Assembly: GCA_035368605.1 (NCBI GenBank)
Contig: DAOSLF010000001.1
Span: 22,877 to 86,876 of the forward strand
Origin: Candidatus Omnitrophota bacterium
Lineage (GTDB): Bacteria; Omnitrophota; Omnitrophia; Omnitrophales; Aquincolibacteriaceae
DNA: 64,000 bases
Direction of reading: 5' to 3'
How positions within the stretch are numbered: the stretch's first letter is position 1; each line of letters begins with the position of its first letter. Positions 27,702 to 36,848 of this stretch are shown here, in pieces. The notes under the pieces are model-generated. The model was not told the DNA's origin. It was given only the letters and a program-made list of their open reading frames with translations, and did not search any database. The position numbers and the translations under genes are program-made.

Positions 27702-28983
27702 GATCGTCGTTACAGGAGTGGGGGCGGTGACGCCTCTCGGGAACAATGTCAGGGATACCTGGCTCCGTGTCACACAGGGTAAATCGGGGATCGGTCCTAT
27801 TACGCTTTTTGACGCCTCGACGTTCAACACGCGGATCGCGGGCGAAGTGAAAAATTTCAATTTTGAACGCTGGCTCGAACGGAACCCGCCACTCGCGTCT
27901 GCCACGCGCAGTACGTTCTTCGCGCTTCAGGCCGCCGCGGAAGCCTATAAAGACGCGATGTTGAAGCCGTTCAGTGTTGATTCGCGGCGCTTCGGCCTTT
28001 ATTTCGGTGCCGGGGACAGCGGAATCGATTTCGAGCCGTTTATCAAGACCCTCATGGCCTCCTTCGGCCCGGGCGCCGAGTTGGTCGATAAGGGGAAATA
28101 CCTCCACCATGCCCCGGAACACATGAGCGCCTTGCGCGAGCTCGAAAGCCAGCCGTTCATGACGGTAACGCATCTGACGCGCCTTTTCGACATCCGGGGT
28201 CCCGTGTCGAACTGTCTGACAGCCTGCGCGGCTTCCTCGCAGGCGATCGGCGAAGCTTACGAATGGATCAAGCGCGGTGATGCGGATGTTATGATGTCGG
28301 GCGGTTCTCATTCCATGGTCTATCCGCTGGGTATCGCGGGTTTCAGTCTCCTGACCGCGCTGTCGACGCGTAATTCGGAGCCCGAGAAAGCGTCGCGGCC
28401 GTTCGACAAGAAACGTGACGGTTTTGTGATCTCGGAAGGCGCTGGCGTGCTGATTATCGAGGAACTCCAGCACGCGAAGAAACGCAAGGCGCATATTTAT
28501 GGTGAGGTTGTCGGCTACGGTTCGACAGCCGACTCGTACCGGCTTACGGATATGGATCCGGAGGCTCGCGGGGCCTCGGAGGCGATGCGGATCGCGATGA
28601 CGAAAGCCGGCATCGGACCCGCTGACGTTGATTACATCAACGCGCACGGGACCTCGACCTCGGTCAACGACTCTCTTGAAACAACCGTAATCAAGAAGGT
28701 CATGGGGGAGTATGCGAAGAAGATCCCTGTGAGCTCGACCAAATCGATGCTTGGGCATATGATCGCGGCGGCGGGTGGTGTGGAAGCGATCTTCTGCCTG
28801 CTCGCAATGCGTGATTCGATCATCCCTCCGACGATCAATTATGAAGAGCCCGACCCGGAACTCGATCTGGACTATGTTCCCAACGTTGCCCGCCGCACCG
28901 ACGTGAATGTCGCGCTTTCCAACTCATTTGGCTTCGGCGGTCAGAATATCTGCTTGGCATTGAGGAGATACGATGGCGCATGA
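27688..28983 (+). CDS. beta-ketoacyl-ACP synthase (FabF-like KS-alpha, catalytic)
   Basis: Start MSKRRIVVTGVGAV. CLTACAASSQAIGEA (Cys), YINAHGTSTSVND (His) and KSMLGHMIAAAGGVE (His). Overlaps the KS-beta 3' end by 14 nt. Confidence 0.9.
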   Translation: MSKRRIVVTGVGAVTPLGNNVRDTWLRVTQGKSGIGPITLFDASTFNTRIAGEVKNFNFERWLERNPPLASATRSTFFALQAAAEAYKDAMLKPFSVDSRRFGLYFGAGDSGIDFEPFIKTLMASFGPGAELVDKGKYLHHAPEHMSALRELESQPFMTVTHLTRLFDIRGPVSNCLTACAASSQAIGEAYEWIKRGDADVMMSGGSHSMVYPLGIAGFSLLTALSTRNSEPEKASRPFDKKRDGFVISEGAGVLIIEELQHAKKRKAHIYGEVVGYGSTADSYRLTDMDPEARGASEAMRIAMTKAGIGPADVDYINAHGTSTSVNDSLETTVIKKVMGEYAKKIPVSSTKSMLGHMIAAAGGVEAIFCLLAMRDSIIPPTINYEEPDPELDLDYVPNVARRTDVNVALSNSFGFGGQNICLALRRYDGA

Positions 28984-30064
28984 TCTTGTTTTTATGACCG
29001 GAGCGACCGGTGTGCTCGGTCAGGAGCTTGTCAAAAAACTGCTGCTCACGACGGAGTCCGATATCGCGATTCTTTCACGCGCGAAGAATCGCGTGCCCCA
29101 TGCCGAGCGTGTCCGGAAGATCCTGAAGGCGGCGGGGATGGACGCCCATTTCGGTTCGCGGGTCCGCGTGGTGGAAGGGGATGTCACGAAGCGTAAATTC
29201 GGATTGAAGAAAGAGGATCTCGATTTTCTCGAAAGGGAATGCCGCGTTTTTTATCATATTGCCGCCCTGACCGCGTTGAATGGAACGGATAAGGAATGCC
29301 AGCAGATTAATGTGGGCGGGACCGAACACGCGCTTGAGCTTGCGTGGGATCTCCGGAAAAAGGGGAATCTCGAGCGCTTTATCTATTTCAGCACCGCGTT
29401 CGTGGCCGGCAGTGTCTGGAATTACCGGTCTACGGAGGATTCGCTTCCCGAGAAACCCGCATTTGCAAACTACTACGAGTCCAGCAAGCATGAGGCAGAA
29501 GGCAAGGTCCGGAAGGCGATGGGACACGGCCTGCCGGTGACCATCATCCGGCCGAGCATCGTGGTCGGCGACTCCGTGACGGGCGAGGTTTCCGATTTTA
29601 ACGTGATCTACCCTTTCATCAAACTGTTCGCGCACGGCATCCTGACGAAGCTTCCGACCCACCCTGAGAATACGTTCAATATCGTGCCGATCGATTTCGT
29701 CATCAACGCGACGACGGCCATCGTCAGGAATCCCCGATCGATCAACAAGTGTTTCCATCTGGTGTCGCCGGAGCCGCCTTCCATCGGTTCCCTGGTGGCT
29801 CTCCGCGAATCTTTCCCGAAGGTCGCCAAGATCGAGATGATCGATCCGTCGAGCTTTAAAAAGGACCAGCTGGACCCGCAGGGGCAGATGGTCTTTTCGA
29901 TGCTGGAGCCCTATCTCGGTTATTTGAACGGCAAGTTGACCTTCGACACCTCGAACACCGAAGAAATCCTGCGTGATACGGACGTCCGGATGCCTGAGAC
30001 GGGTCCCGCTTTCCTGAAAACGCTGATCACCTATGCCGCCAAGGCGGGATATTTGGCGATCTGA
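28973..30064 (+). CDS. stand-alone thioester reductase (NAD(P)-dependent, extended SDR; fatty acyl-ACP/CoA reductase-like terminal R domain)
   Basis: FMTGATGVLGQELVKKLL (TGxxGxxG) and YYESSKHEAE (YxxxK) with the overall TR-domain layout. Overlaps the KS stop. Confidence 0.75.
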   Translation: MAHDLVFMTGATGVLGQELVKKLLLTTESDIAILSRAKNRVPHAERVRKILKAAGMDAHFGSRVRVVEGDVTKRKFGLKKEDLDFLERECRVFYHIAALTALNGTDKECQQINVGGTEHALELAWDLRKKGNLERFIYFSTAFVAGSVWNYRSTEDSLPEKPAFANYYESSKHEAEGKVRKAMGHGLPVTIIRPSIVVGDSVTGEVSDFNVIYPFIKLFAHGILTKLPTHPENTFNIVPIDFVINATTAIVRNPRSINKCFHLVSPEPPSIGSLVALRESFPKVAKIEMIDPSSFKKDQLDPQGQMVFSMLEPYLGYLNGKLTFDTSNTEEILRDTDVRMPETGPAFLKTLITYAAKAGYLAI

Positions 30065-30577
30065 CGGGTTCCGGAGCGTTTCGGTATGTTTTTAGCGGCG
30101 GATCGGAAATAGCGCAAATCCGATCGGTCCAGGGAGCGCATGAAGGAGATGCCCTCCGGTCAGTTGTTCCATCCGGTGCGCGTTTTTTGTCGTGCTTCTT
30201 GTCTTTCTTGCCTGTCCCTCTATCCCCGAATTAGCGGCCGACCCTGTATCTGTCTCCGCCACGGATAACGCATGATAATGTCAATGTTCTTATGCAAGGA
30301 TTGAGAGGCGTTTTCTCGAAGATCAGTTCCCGGACCCTGTTTTTCAGCCCCTAGGGATTTTTATCGGTGTGAATGGCGGGGGGGGATATGAGGTTCTGGT
30401 CACGGGCATCGGAAGATTGGTTTGCGCGGGCCATTCCACCCGATCCTTTCGAGATACGGGCGCTTTTTGATCCCGTCAGCCTATGCCGGGAAAGCCGCTC
30501 GGGCCAGCCGGAACCGGGATGGTCGCGTTGCTTCAAAAGAAAAAACAATGGCCAAGGCGGAATAGGGGTTTTTATTT

Positions 30578-31753
30578 CTATCGCCAGTGTGTCGGGTGTT
30601 TCAGCGCGGCCATTTTCAGGGCATCCGCGAGGATGAGCGTGAAAACGGCGGCGGCAAGCGGATGAAACAATGCTGATACCGGATTCGCCTTGACTATCGT
30701 ATGGGTCTTAAACGCCGTGATCCAGATGATGAACGCAAGTCCTGTCGCCAGAATCCCGGCCAGTGAATTTCCGAAACAGAAAGGCAGGATGGCGAACGGT
30801 AACACCGAAAAAAGAAAAGTGCTCAGGACACAGCGTAGAAGGTCCGCCGGATTTTGTTCAAAGGCGTGAAGGTAGATGCGCCGCCACCCCCGCCATAGCG
30901 TCTCGAACGAGTCATACATCCGGGTACCATAGAGATTCATTCCGAAAGCGCAAATCCCCTTTGCCCCGGTTTCCTTGGTCTTTCTCATCAGCGCGAAGTC
31001 TTCGAGAAAAGCCTCCTTGACCGCGTGATGACAGCCGAGTTTCCGGTAATGGCTGTGCCGGAGAAGGAGGTACTGGCCGTTTCCGAAGTAGACCTTTGAT
31101 TCGGGATCGTTGATCTTCCGGACAGGGAACCATAGCCCCATGTAGCCCATCGCGCAGGGCTGGATGAGGTTTTCCCAGAAGCCGTGAGCCAGACAGCGGG
31201 GAAGCAGGGTCAGGAGGTCAAGGGAGTTTGTTTCCGAAAAAGCGATCGCGGCGTCGACGCTTCCCGGTTCGTGTCTTGTGTCGGCGTCCGTGAAAAGCAG
31301 CCAGTCGCCTTTGGCGTAGTCTTTGCCGAGATGAAGCGCATAGTTCTTTCCCGTCCAGCCTTCAGGAGTCTCGGGAGTATTGAGATATCCCAAAAAGGGT
31401 CCGTCGCTACTGTCCTTTTTTGTACCGAAAAAGGTGCCTGACCCCTTGATTTCCTCAGCGCCAAGGTCTTTCAGGATCGCTTCGGTTCTGTCTGTGGAGC
31501 CGTTATTGATGACGATGATCTCATCGCTCTCTCGGAGCTGGCTCAAAAAGGGCCGGACGCATGCCGCGATGTTTTTTTCCTCGTTCCGGGCCGGGATCAG
31601 GACCGTCACAGAACCTTTGCGAATGTTTCCGGAAGGAATTCTGAGCGCGGGGGCTTGGGCCAGTTCGGAGAGGGACCGGATGCTACGGTAAATCCATACA
31701 CCAAGCGCAGTCAGGAGATAGGTCAGGAGGATGGGCTCCATAGAGTCAGGCAT
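30578..31753 (-). CDS. membrane-anchored GT2 glycosyltransferase
   Basis: N-terminal TM, VLIPARNEE, IIVINNGSTDRT and FTDADT (DxD), plus C-terminal hydrophobic helices. Start assumed at MPDSMEPILLTY. Confidence 0.7.
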   Translation of the reverse strand: MPDSMEPILLTYLLTALGVWIYRSIRSLSELAQAPALRIPSGNIRKGSVTVLIPARNEEKNIAACVRPFLSQLRESDEIIVINNGSTDRTEAILKDLGAEEIKGSGTFFGTKKDSSDGPFLGYLNTPETPEGWTGKNYALHLGKDYAKGDWLLFTDADTRHEPGSVDAAIAFSETNSLDLLTLLPRCLAHGFWENLIQPCAMGYMGLWFPVRKINDPESKVYFGNGQYLLLRHSHYRKLGCHHAVKEAFLEDFALMRKTKETGAKGICAFGMNLYGTRMYDSFETLWRGWRRIYLHAFEQNPADLLRCVLSTFLFSVLPFAILPFCFGNSLAGILATGLAFIIWITAFKTHTIVKANPVSALFHPLAAAVFTLILADALKMAALKHPTHWR

Positions 31754-31821
31754 CTTAGCAAATGGAGATGGCGGGTCAAGGAAAACTATCAACGGCTAGC
31801 ATTTCTAATCGTTGGGATGGA

Positions 31822-31850
31822 TTGATTATTGGAGGCGCCTGGCTTATAAT
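31822..31850 (+). promoter_or_regulatory. canonical sigma70 promoter for lysS (-35 TTGATT, 17-nt spacer, -10 TATAAT)
   Basis: TTGATTattggaggcgcctggctTATAAT lies about 100 nt upstream of the lysS ATG. Confidence 0.6.
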
Positions 31851-31949
31851 ACTCGCTCTTCACCATAAACCTTTTCCGCCACAAGGCATAGGTTGGTTCC
31901 GCGCTTGCGATGGTAAGTCGGTCATGCTAAAGGCATAAGGATAAACGAC

Positions 31950-33371
31950 ATGAGTGTTTCAGATTACGGAGCCCGGTTTCTTCCCAAAGAGTCCCTTGCC
32001 GGGATCGTTTCCGATTTCCAGCCCGGGCGAAAGGTCCGCGTGGCGGGGAGACTCATGTCCCGCCGTGATATGGGCAAGAGCACGTTCGCAGACATCAAGG
32101 ATGAAGGCGGACGCATTCAGACCTATGCCAAAAAAGACGTGCTCGGCGACGAATCTTACGCCGCGTTCAAGTCGCTGAGTTTGGGTGACATCATCGGGCT
32201 TGAGGGCGAGCTCTTTCTCTCGAGAACGGGCGAGAAGACGATCAAGATCGAAAAGTATGAGCGGCTTTCCAGGATCGTCCGCACACTCCCGGAGAAATGG
32301 CACGGCCTGAAGGATATCGAGACGCGTTACCGCCGGCGGTATGTGGACTTGATCGTCAATGATGAGGTCCGCGAAACTTTCAGGAAGCGGAGTCGCATCA
32401 TCAGCGAGATACGTAAATTCCTCGACGCTAAAGGATTCATGGAGGTCGAGACCCCCATGATGCAGCCTCTCGCGGGAGGTGCCCGCGCCAAACCGTTCGT
32501 GACGCATCACCATGCCCTCGCGACCGATCTTTACCTGCGTGTTGCTCCCGAGCTGTATCTGAAGCGACTTCTGGTGGGCGGTTTCGAAAAGGTGTATGAG
32601 ATCAACCGGAATTTCCGCAACGAGGGAATCTCCGTTCGCCACAACCCCGAATTCACGATGATGGAGCTTTACCAGGCGTACGCGGATTACACGGACATGA
32701 TGAGCATCACCGAAGAACTGGTTCGTCATCTGGTGATGATGCTTTATGGCAAGGACGAAATCCCGTACGGGGATCGCACCCTGAATTTCAAGGCCCCGTG
32801 GAAGCGGATTTCCTTTTACGGCGCTCTCGAAGAGACGACGGGGATGGATTTTCGCAAAGTGAACGTGCGGGAAGCCGCGAAAAAACTTCACGTCAAATTC
32901 GACGAGGATATGGAGGATATCGATGTCCTGAATGAGATCTTTGGTGAGAAGGTCGAGAAAAACCTTTGGGACCCGACGTTCGTCGTCGATTATCCGACGG
33001 TCATGACGCCCCTCGCGAAGGCGAAGGCGGAAGACCCTGAGCTTGTGTACCGGTTCGAACTTTTTATCGCCAAAATGGAAGTGGCGAATGCCTTTTCGGA
33101 GCTGAACGATCCCGCGGTCCAGCGCGGGCGGCTTGAAAAACAGCAGGAGTTGATCGGCGAGCACAAGGAGATCGATGATGATTTCCTGATGGCGCTTGAA
33201 TACGCGATGCCTCCGGCGGGGGGGCTCGGCATCGGTATCGACCGACTCGTGATGCTGCTCACCAACCGGATTTCGATTCGGGATGTGATCCTGTTCCCGC
33301 AACTTAAGCCGAAGAAGAAGGCTGAATTGGAAAACGAAATGGAAACGACGGAAGAAGGTTCCGCTCAATGA
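31950..33371 (+). CDS. lysS: lysyl-tRNA synthetase (class II)
   Basis: OB-fold N-domain (KVRVAGRLMSRRDMGKSTFADIKD). Class II motifs (FRNEG, GGLGIGIDRLVMLLT). Confidence 0.9.
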   Translation: MSVSDYGARFLPKESLAGIVSDFQPGRKVRVAGRLMSRRDMGKSTFADIKDEGGRIQTYAKKDVLGDESYAAFKSLSLGDIIGLEGELFLSRTGEKTIKIEKYERLSRIVRTLPEKWHGLKDIETRYRRRYVDLIVNDEVRETFRKRSRIISEIRKFLDAKGFMEVETPMMQPLAGGARAKPFVTHHHALATDLYLRVAPELYLKRLLVGGFEKVYEINRNFRNEGISVRHNPEFTMMELYQAYADYTDMMSITEELVRHLVMMLYGKDEIPYGDRTLNFKAPWKRISFYGALEETTGMDFRKVNVREAAKKLHVKFDEDMEDIDVLNEIFGEKVEKNLWDPTFVVDYPTVMTPLAKAKAEDPELVYRFELFIAKMEVANAFSELNDPAVQRGRLEKQQELIGEHKEIDDDFLMALEYAMPPAGGLGIGIDRLVMLLTNRISIRDVILFPQLKPKKKAELENEMETTEEGSAQ

Positions 33372-34678
33372 AATTCGAGCTTTTTATCGCCCACAGGCAT
33401 CTGACCCGGCGACGGAAGACGGGATTCATCTCCCTTATTTCGTTGATATCGATGGGCGGGATCGCGATCGGTGTGATGGCGCTTATTATTGTGCTTTCGG
33501 TCATGACCGGGTTCGATAATGAACTCAAACGCAAGATCGTCAGCATCCAGCCGCATCTCCGGATCGAAAAGTCGGAGGATTGGACGAACTCGGCCGACGA
33601 TATGGCGAAGATCCGGGCGTTAAACATCCCCGGGCTCAAGATTGTAATGCGATTCATCGAAAAGCAGGCGATCCTTCGCACCGATACCGCCGCGCAGGGC
33701 GTGGTGGTGATGGGGCTGGATACGGAGAACGGGGATTTTTCGATCTATGAAAAGAATCTTGTGTCCGGGACGCTTGGTTTCCAGGAGTCCGTTTACACGG
33801 AAAAGAGACGCCGCTGGTGGTCCTTCAAAAGCAAGGTCGAGAAGTCGAATGTCCCCAGTATCGTGCTGGGCGAGATCCTGGCTTCCCGGCTTCGGGTTCA
33901 GGTGGGGGATGTTATCCATCTGATCACGCCGGAGCCCGAAAAAAAGAACCCGTTCATGCCGCTCCCGATGCATGTCAAGACGTGGCCGGTCATCGTGCGG
34001 GGGATTTTTCATATCGGGATGTCCGATGCCGACGCCCAGGTGGCGTTGCTCAGCCTTGAGACGGCCCAAAAGTTCTATCACATGGAGAATAAGATTTCGG
34101 GACTGAGTCTTCAGTTCAGCGATGTGGATGAGGCGGAAAAATGGAAGTGGGTTCTGGCGGGTCATTTCCCGATGCAGTACCGGCTCGCGTCCTGGTATGA
34201 CATGAATCAGCATTTTTTTCAGGCGCTGAAGGTCGAAAAATTCCTCATCAGCATTCTGCTCTCCCTGATCGTTGTCGTGGCGGCGTTCAATATCATTTCG
34301 ACCCTGATCATGGTCTCCATGGAAAAGACCAGGGATATCGGGATCCTCCGCGCCCTTGGGGCCACGCGGTCCGCGATCCGGAGAATCTTCCTGATCGAAG
34401 GGATGAGTTACGGGTTCTGGGGAATGGTGATCGGCGTGGGCATGGGCGTGTGGGGGGCGCTTCACATCAACGATCTTTCGGAATTTCTCAAGACGACGTT
34501 CGGATTCGAGGTTTTCCCGAGAGATGTTTATATTTTTGACAGAATTCCGGCGGAAGTCCGCATGGAGGATATCATGGTGGTCGCCGGGCTGGCGTTCATT
34601 CTTGCCGTGATCGCGGCGCTTTATCCCGCGCACCGGGCAGCAAGCCTCAAACCGGTGGAGGCGCTTCGTTATGAATAA
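33368..34678 (+). CDS. lipoprotein-releasing system permease (LolC/LolE, FtsX family)
   Basis: MKFELFIAHRHLTRRRKTGFISLIS. Four TM helices with a large periplasmic loop. Confidence 0.8.
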   Translation: MKFELFIAHRHLTRRRKTGFISLISLISMGGIAIGVMALIIVLSVMTGFDNELKRKIVSIQPHLRIEKSEDWTNSADDMAKIRALNIPGLKIVMRFIEKQAILRTDTAAQGVVVMGLDTENGDFSIYEKNLVSGTLGFQESVYTEKRRRWWSFKSKVEKSNVPSIVLGEILASRLRVQVGDVIHLITPEPEKKNPFMPLPMHVKTWPVIVRGIFHIGMSDADAQVALLSLETAQKFYHMENKISGLSLQFSDVDEAEKWKWVLAGHFPMQYRLASWYDMNQHFFQALKVEKFLISILLSLIVVVAAFNIISTLIMVSMEKTRDIGILRALGATRSAIRRIFLIEGMSYGFWGMVIGVGMGVWGALHINDLSEFLKTTFGFEVFPRDVYIFDRIPAEVRMEDIMVVAGLAFILAVIAALYPAHRAASLKPVEALRYE

Positions 34679-35366
34679 CGCGGCGGCGATCCTCAGCGCA
34701 TCCGGACTGCGGAAGGATTATGACACCGTGACCGGTAGCCTCGAAATCCTGCGAGGGGTTAATCTGGAGGTTTGCCAGGGGGAAATGCTTTACATCACGG
34801 GTAAATCGGGGTGCGGGAAGTCGACCCTGCTTCATCTCCTGGGCGGTCTTGACCGACCGACGGACGGGAAGCTTTTCTTTCGGGGGCGTGAGATGACCGG
34901 CATGCCCGAACGCGAGATCGCAAGAATCCGCTGTCGCAATATCGGTTTCGTGTTCCAGTTCTATCATCTGTTGCCGGAGCTCACGGTCCATGAAAATGTA
35001 TTACTCCCCACACTTATCGCGAAAAAAAAGGACTCGGGCTGGGTCAAGGAGGTTCTGAAACGTGTGAAGCTCTGGAACCGGAGGACGCATTTCCCGTCCG
35101 AGCTCTCCGGCGGGGAGAAACAGCGCGTGGCGATCGCCCGGGCCCTCGCCAATCGACCGGACGTCGTTCTTTGTGACGAACCGACCGGCAATCTCGACGA
35201 AGAAACGGCCGGGACGATTACGTCGTTGCTCGCGGAATTGAACCAGAAAGAGGGTCACACATTTCTTATCGTGACCCATGATGAAGAAATTGCCCGGACA
35301 GGGAGCCGGTCGCTGACGCTTCACGAAGGTCAGCTGATGCCGGCTTCGAATGTTTTTAAACATTGA
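34671..35366 (+). CDS. lolD: lipoprotein-releasing system ATP-binding protein
   Basis: Walker [13 protein letters not shown] signature [15 protein letters not shown], Walker [13 protein letters not shown]. Confidence 0.85.
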   Translation: MNNAAAILSASGLRKDYDTVTGSLEILRGVNLEVCQGEMLYITGKSGCGKSTLLHLLGGLDRPTDGKLFFRGREMTGMPEREIARIRCRNIGFVFQFYHLLPELTVHENVLLPTLIAKKKDSGWVKEVLKRVKLWNRRTHFPSELSGGEKQRVAIARALANRPDVVLCDEPTGNLDEETAGTITSLLAELNQKEGHTFLIVTHDEEIARTGSRSLTLHEGQLMPASNVFKH

Positions 35367-35398
35367 TCGCAGCGGATCCTTAAACAAGGAGATTCAAG

Positions 35399-36304
35399 AT
35401 GGAACTTCAAATCTATATCGACGGTAAATGGTATCCCAGGAGTGAAGCGAAAGTGTCTGTCTTCGATCACGGCCTTCTTTACGGAGACGGTGTTTTTGAG
35501 GGGATTCGCGCCTACGATGGAATCGTCTTCAAGCTCGAGGAGCATCTCAAACGGCTCTGGGAGTCGGCCCATACGATCATGCTCGAAATTCCGATGACGC
35601 CCAGGGAAATGGAAAAAGCCGTTATTGAAACCCTTCGCAGGAACAAGCTGACGAGCGGCTATATCCGACTGGTCGTCACGCGCGGCACGGGGGACCTCGG
35701 ACTATCGCCCTTTCTCTGCAAGAAACCGACAGTTTTCATTATCACGGACAAGATTGCACTTTATCCGGCGGATTTGTACCAGAAAGGGTTGGAGATTATC
35801 ACCGTTCCGACCGTCCGGAATCTCCCCGAGGCCGTGAATCCGTCGATCAAAAGCCTGAACTATCTCAATAATATCATGGCCAAGATCGAGGCAAGGAACG
35901 GCGGTTGTATGGAAGCGCTGATGCTCAACCACCAGGGCTACGTCGTAGAATGCACGGGTGACAATGTGTTCATGGTCAAGAAAACCGGCAAGGGGTCGGC
36001 CGTGAAGGATTGCACGCTTTTGACGCCTCCGTCCTATCTCGGAGCGCTCAAGGGGATCACGCGTGATGCGATCATCGAGATTGCCCGCAAACTCAAACTG
36101 CCTTTCGCGGAAAGAATCCTGACGCGGCATGATTTTTTTAACGCCGATGAGGTATTCCTCACGGGAACGGCGGCGGAGGTCATCCCGGTCGTCAAGATCG
36201 ACGGACGCGTTGTCGGAAGCGGTAAGCCGGGCAAGATTACCAAACTGCTTTTGGAGGATTTTCACGCGCTGGTCCGCAAGGACGGGGTCCGGTTCTCCCT
36301 TTGA
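35399..36304 (+). CDS. ilvE: branched-chain amino acid aminotransferase (class IV PLP)
   Basis: AAGGAG RBS. YGDGVFEGIRAY and EVFLTGTAAEV motifs. Confidence 0.85.
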   Translation: MELQIYIDGKWYPRSEAKVSVFDHGLLYGDGVFEGIRAYDGIVFKLEEHLKRLWESAHTIMLEIPMTPREMEKAVIETLRRNKLTSGYIRLVVTRGTGDLGLSPFLCKKPTVFIITDKIALYPADLYQKGLEIITVPTVRNLPEAVNPSIKSLNYLNNIMAKIEARNGGCMEALMLNHQGYVVECTGDNVFMVKKTGKGSAVKDCTLLTPPSYLGALKGITRDAIIEIARKLKLPFAERILTRHDFFNADEVFLTGTAAEVIPVVKIDGRVVGSGKPGKITKLLLEDFHALVRKDGVRFSL

Positions 36305-36326
36305 TCGGGCCGGGAGCGAAGCGAAC

Positions 36327-36848
36327 ATGATCTGCAATGTGTGCGGGACAAAGGAAGCGACGATTCACCTGACCGAGGTTGTGAGCGGTCAGATGGCGGA
36401 AGTGCATATCTGCGAGCAGTGCGCCGAAGAGAAGGGGACGGATTTCAAGACCTATTTCAACTTTGGCGACTTCTTCACGGGTTTCGCGGGGATCGGAAAA
36501 CTTCTTGAGACGCCGGGGGAAAAAACCGCGGTCGCCTGCAAATCCTGCGGTATGACCTTCGAGGAATTCTCCAAACAGGGACGTCTTGGATGCGCGCAGT
36601 GTTATACCGCGTTTCATCGTCAGCTTGAAGCCGTGATCAAACAGGTCCAGCGGGCGGGGGTCCATGTCGGCAAAAAACCGTCCAGAATCCCGAAGGATGT
36701 TCGGCGCGCTCACGATCTCCGCCAGCTTCAGGACCGTCTGCGCAAATGCATCCAGAACGAGGCGTTTGAGGAAGCGGCGCGCCTTCGCGACGAGATCAGG
36801 CAGATCGAAGACAAGAACAAGCGCCCGAGGAAAACAAAAAATGACTGA
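36327..36848 (+). CDS. mcsA: protein-arginine kinase activator McsA-like (zinc-finger plus UVR domain)
   Basis: Paired CxxC motifs (CNVCG...CEQC; CKSCG...CAQC). C-terminal UVR motif AFEEAARLRDEIRQIE. Confidence 0.7.
   Translation: MICNVCGTKEATIHLTEVVSGQMAEVHICEQCAEEKGTDFKTYFNFGDFFTGFAGIGKLLETPGEKTAVACKSCGMTFEEFSKQGRLGCAQCYTAFHRQLEAVIKQVQRAGVHVGKKPSRIPKDVRRAHDLRQLQDRLRKCIQNEAFEEAARLRDEIRQIEDKNKRPRKTKND

Noticed and set aside
30040-30110. Rho-independent terminator after the thioester reductase gene (CCGGAGCGTTTCGG then TATGTTTTTA)
   Set aside because: The stem is only 3-4 bp with an 8-nt loop. Too weak to call.
33620-34633. 337-aa minus-strand ORF antisense to lolE; similar antisense ORFs lie opposite clpC (40076-41272), the DUF4139 gene (38398-39738), lysS (31959-33368) and others
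   Set aside because: All lie opposite well-supported sense genes and have Arg/Pro/Gly-rich compositions characteristic of GC-rich antisense frames.
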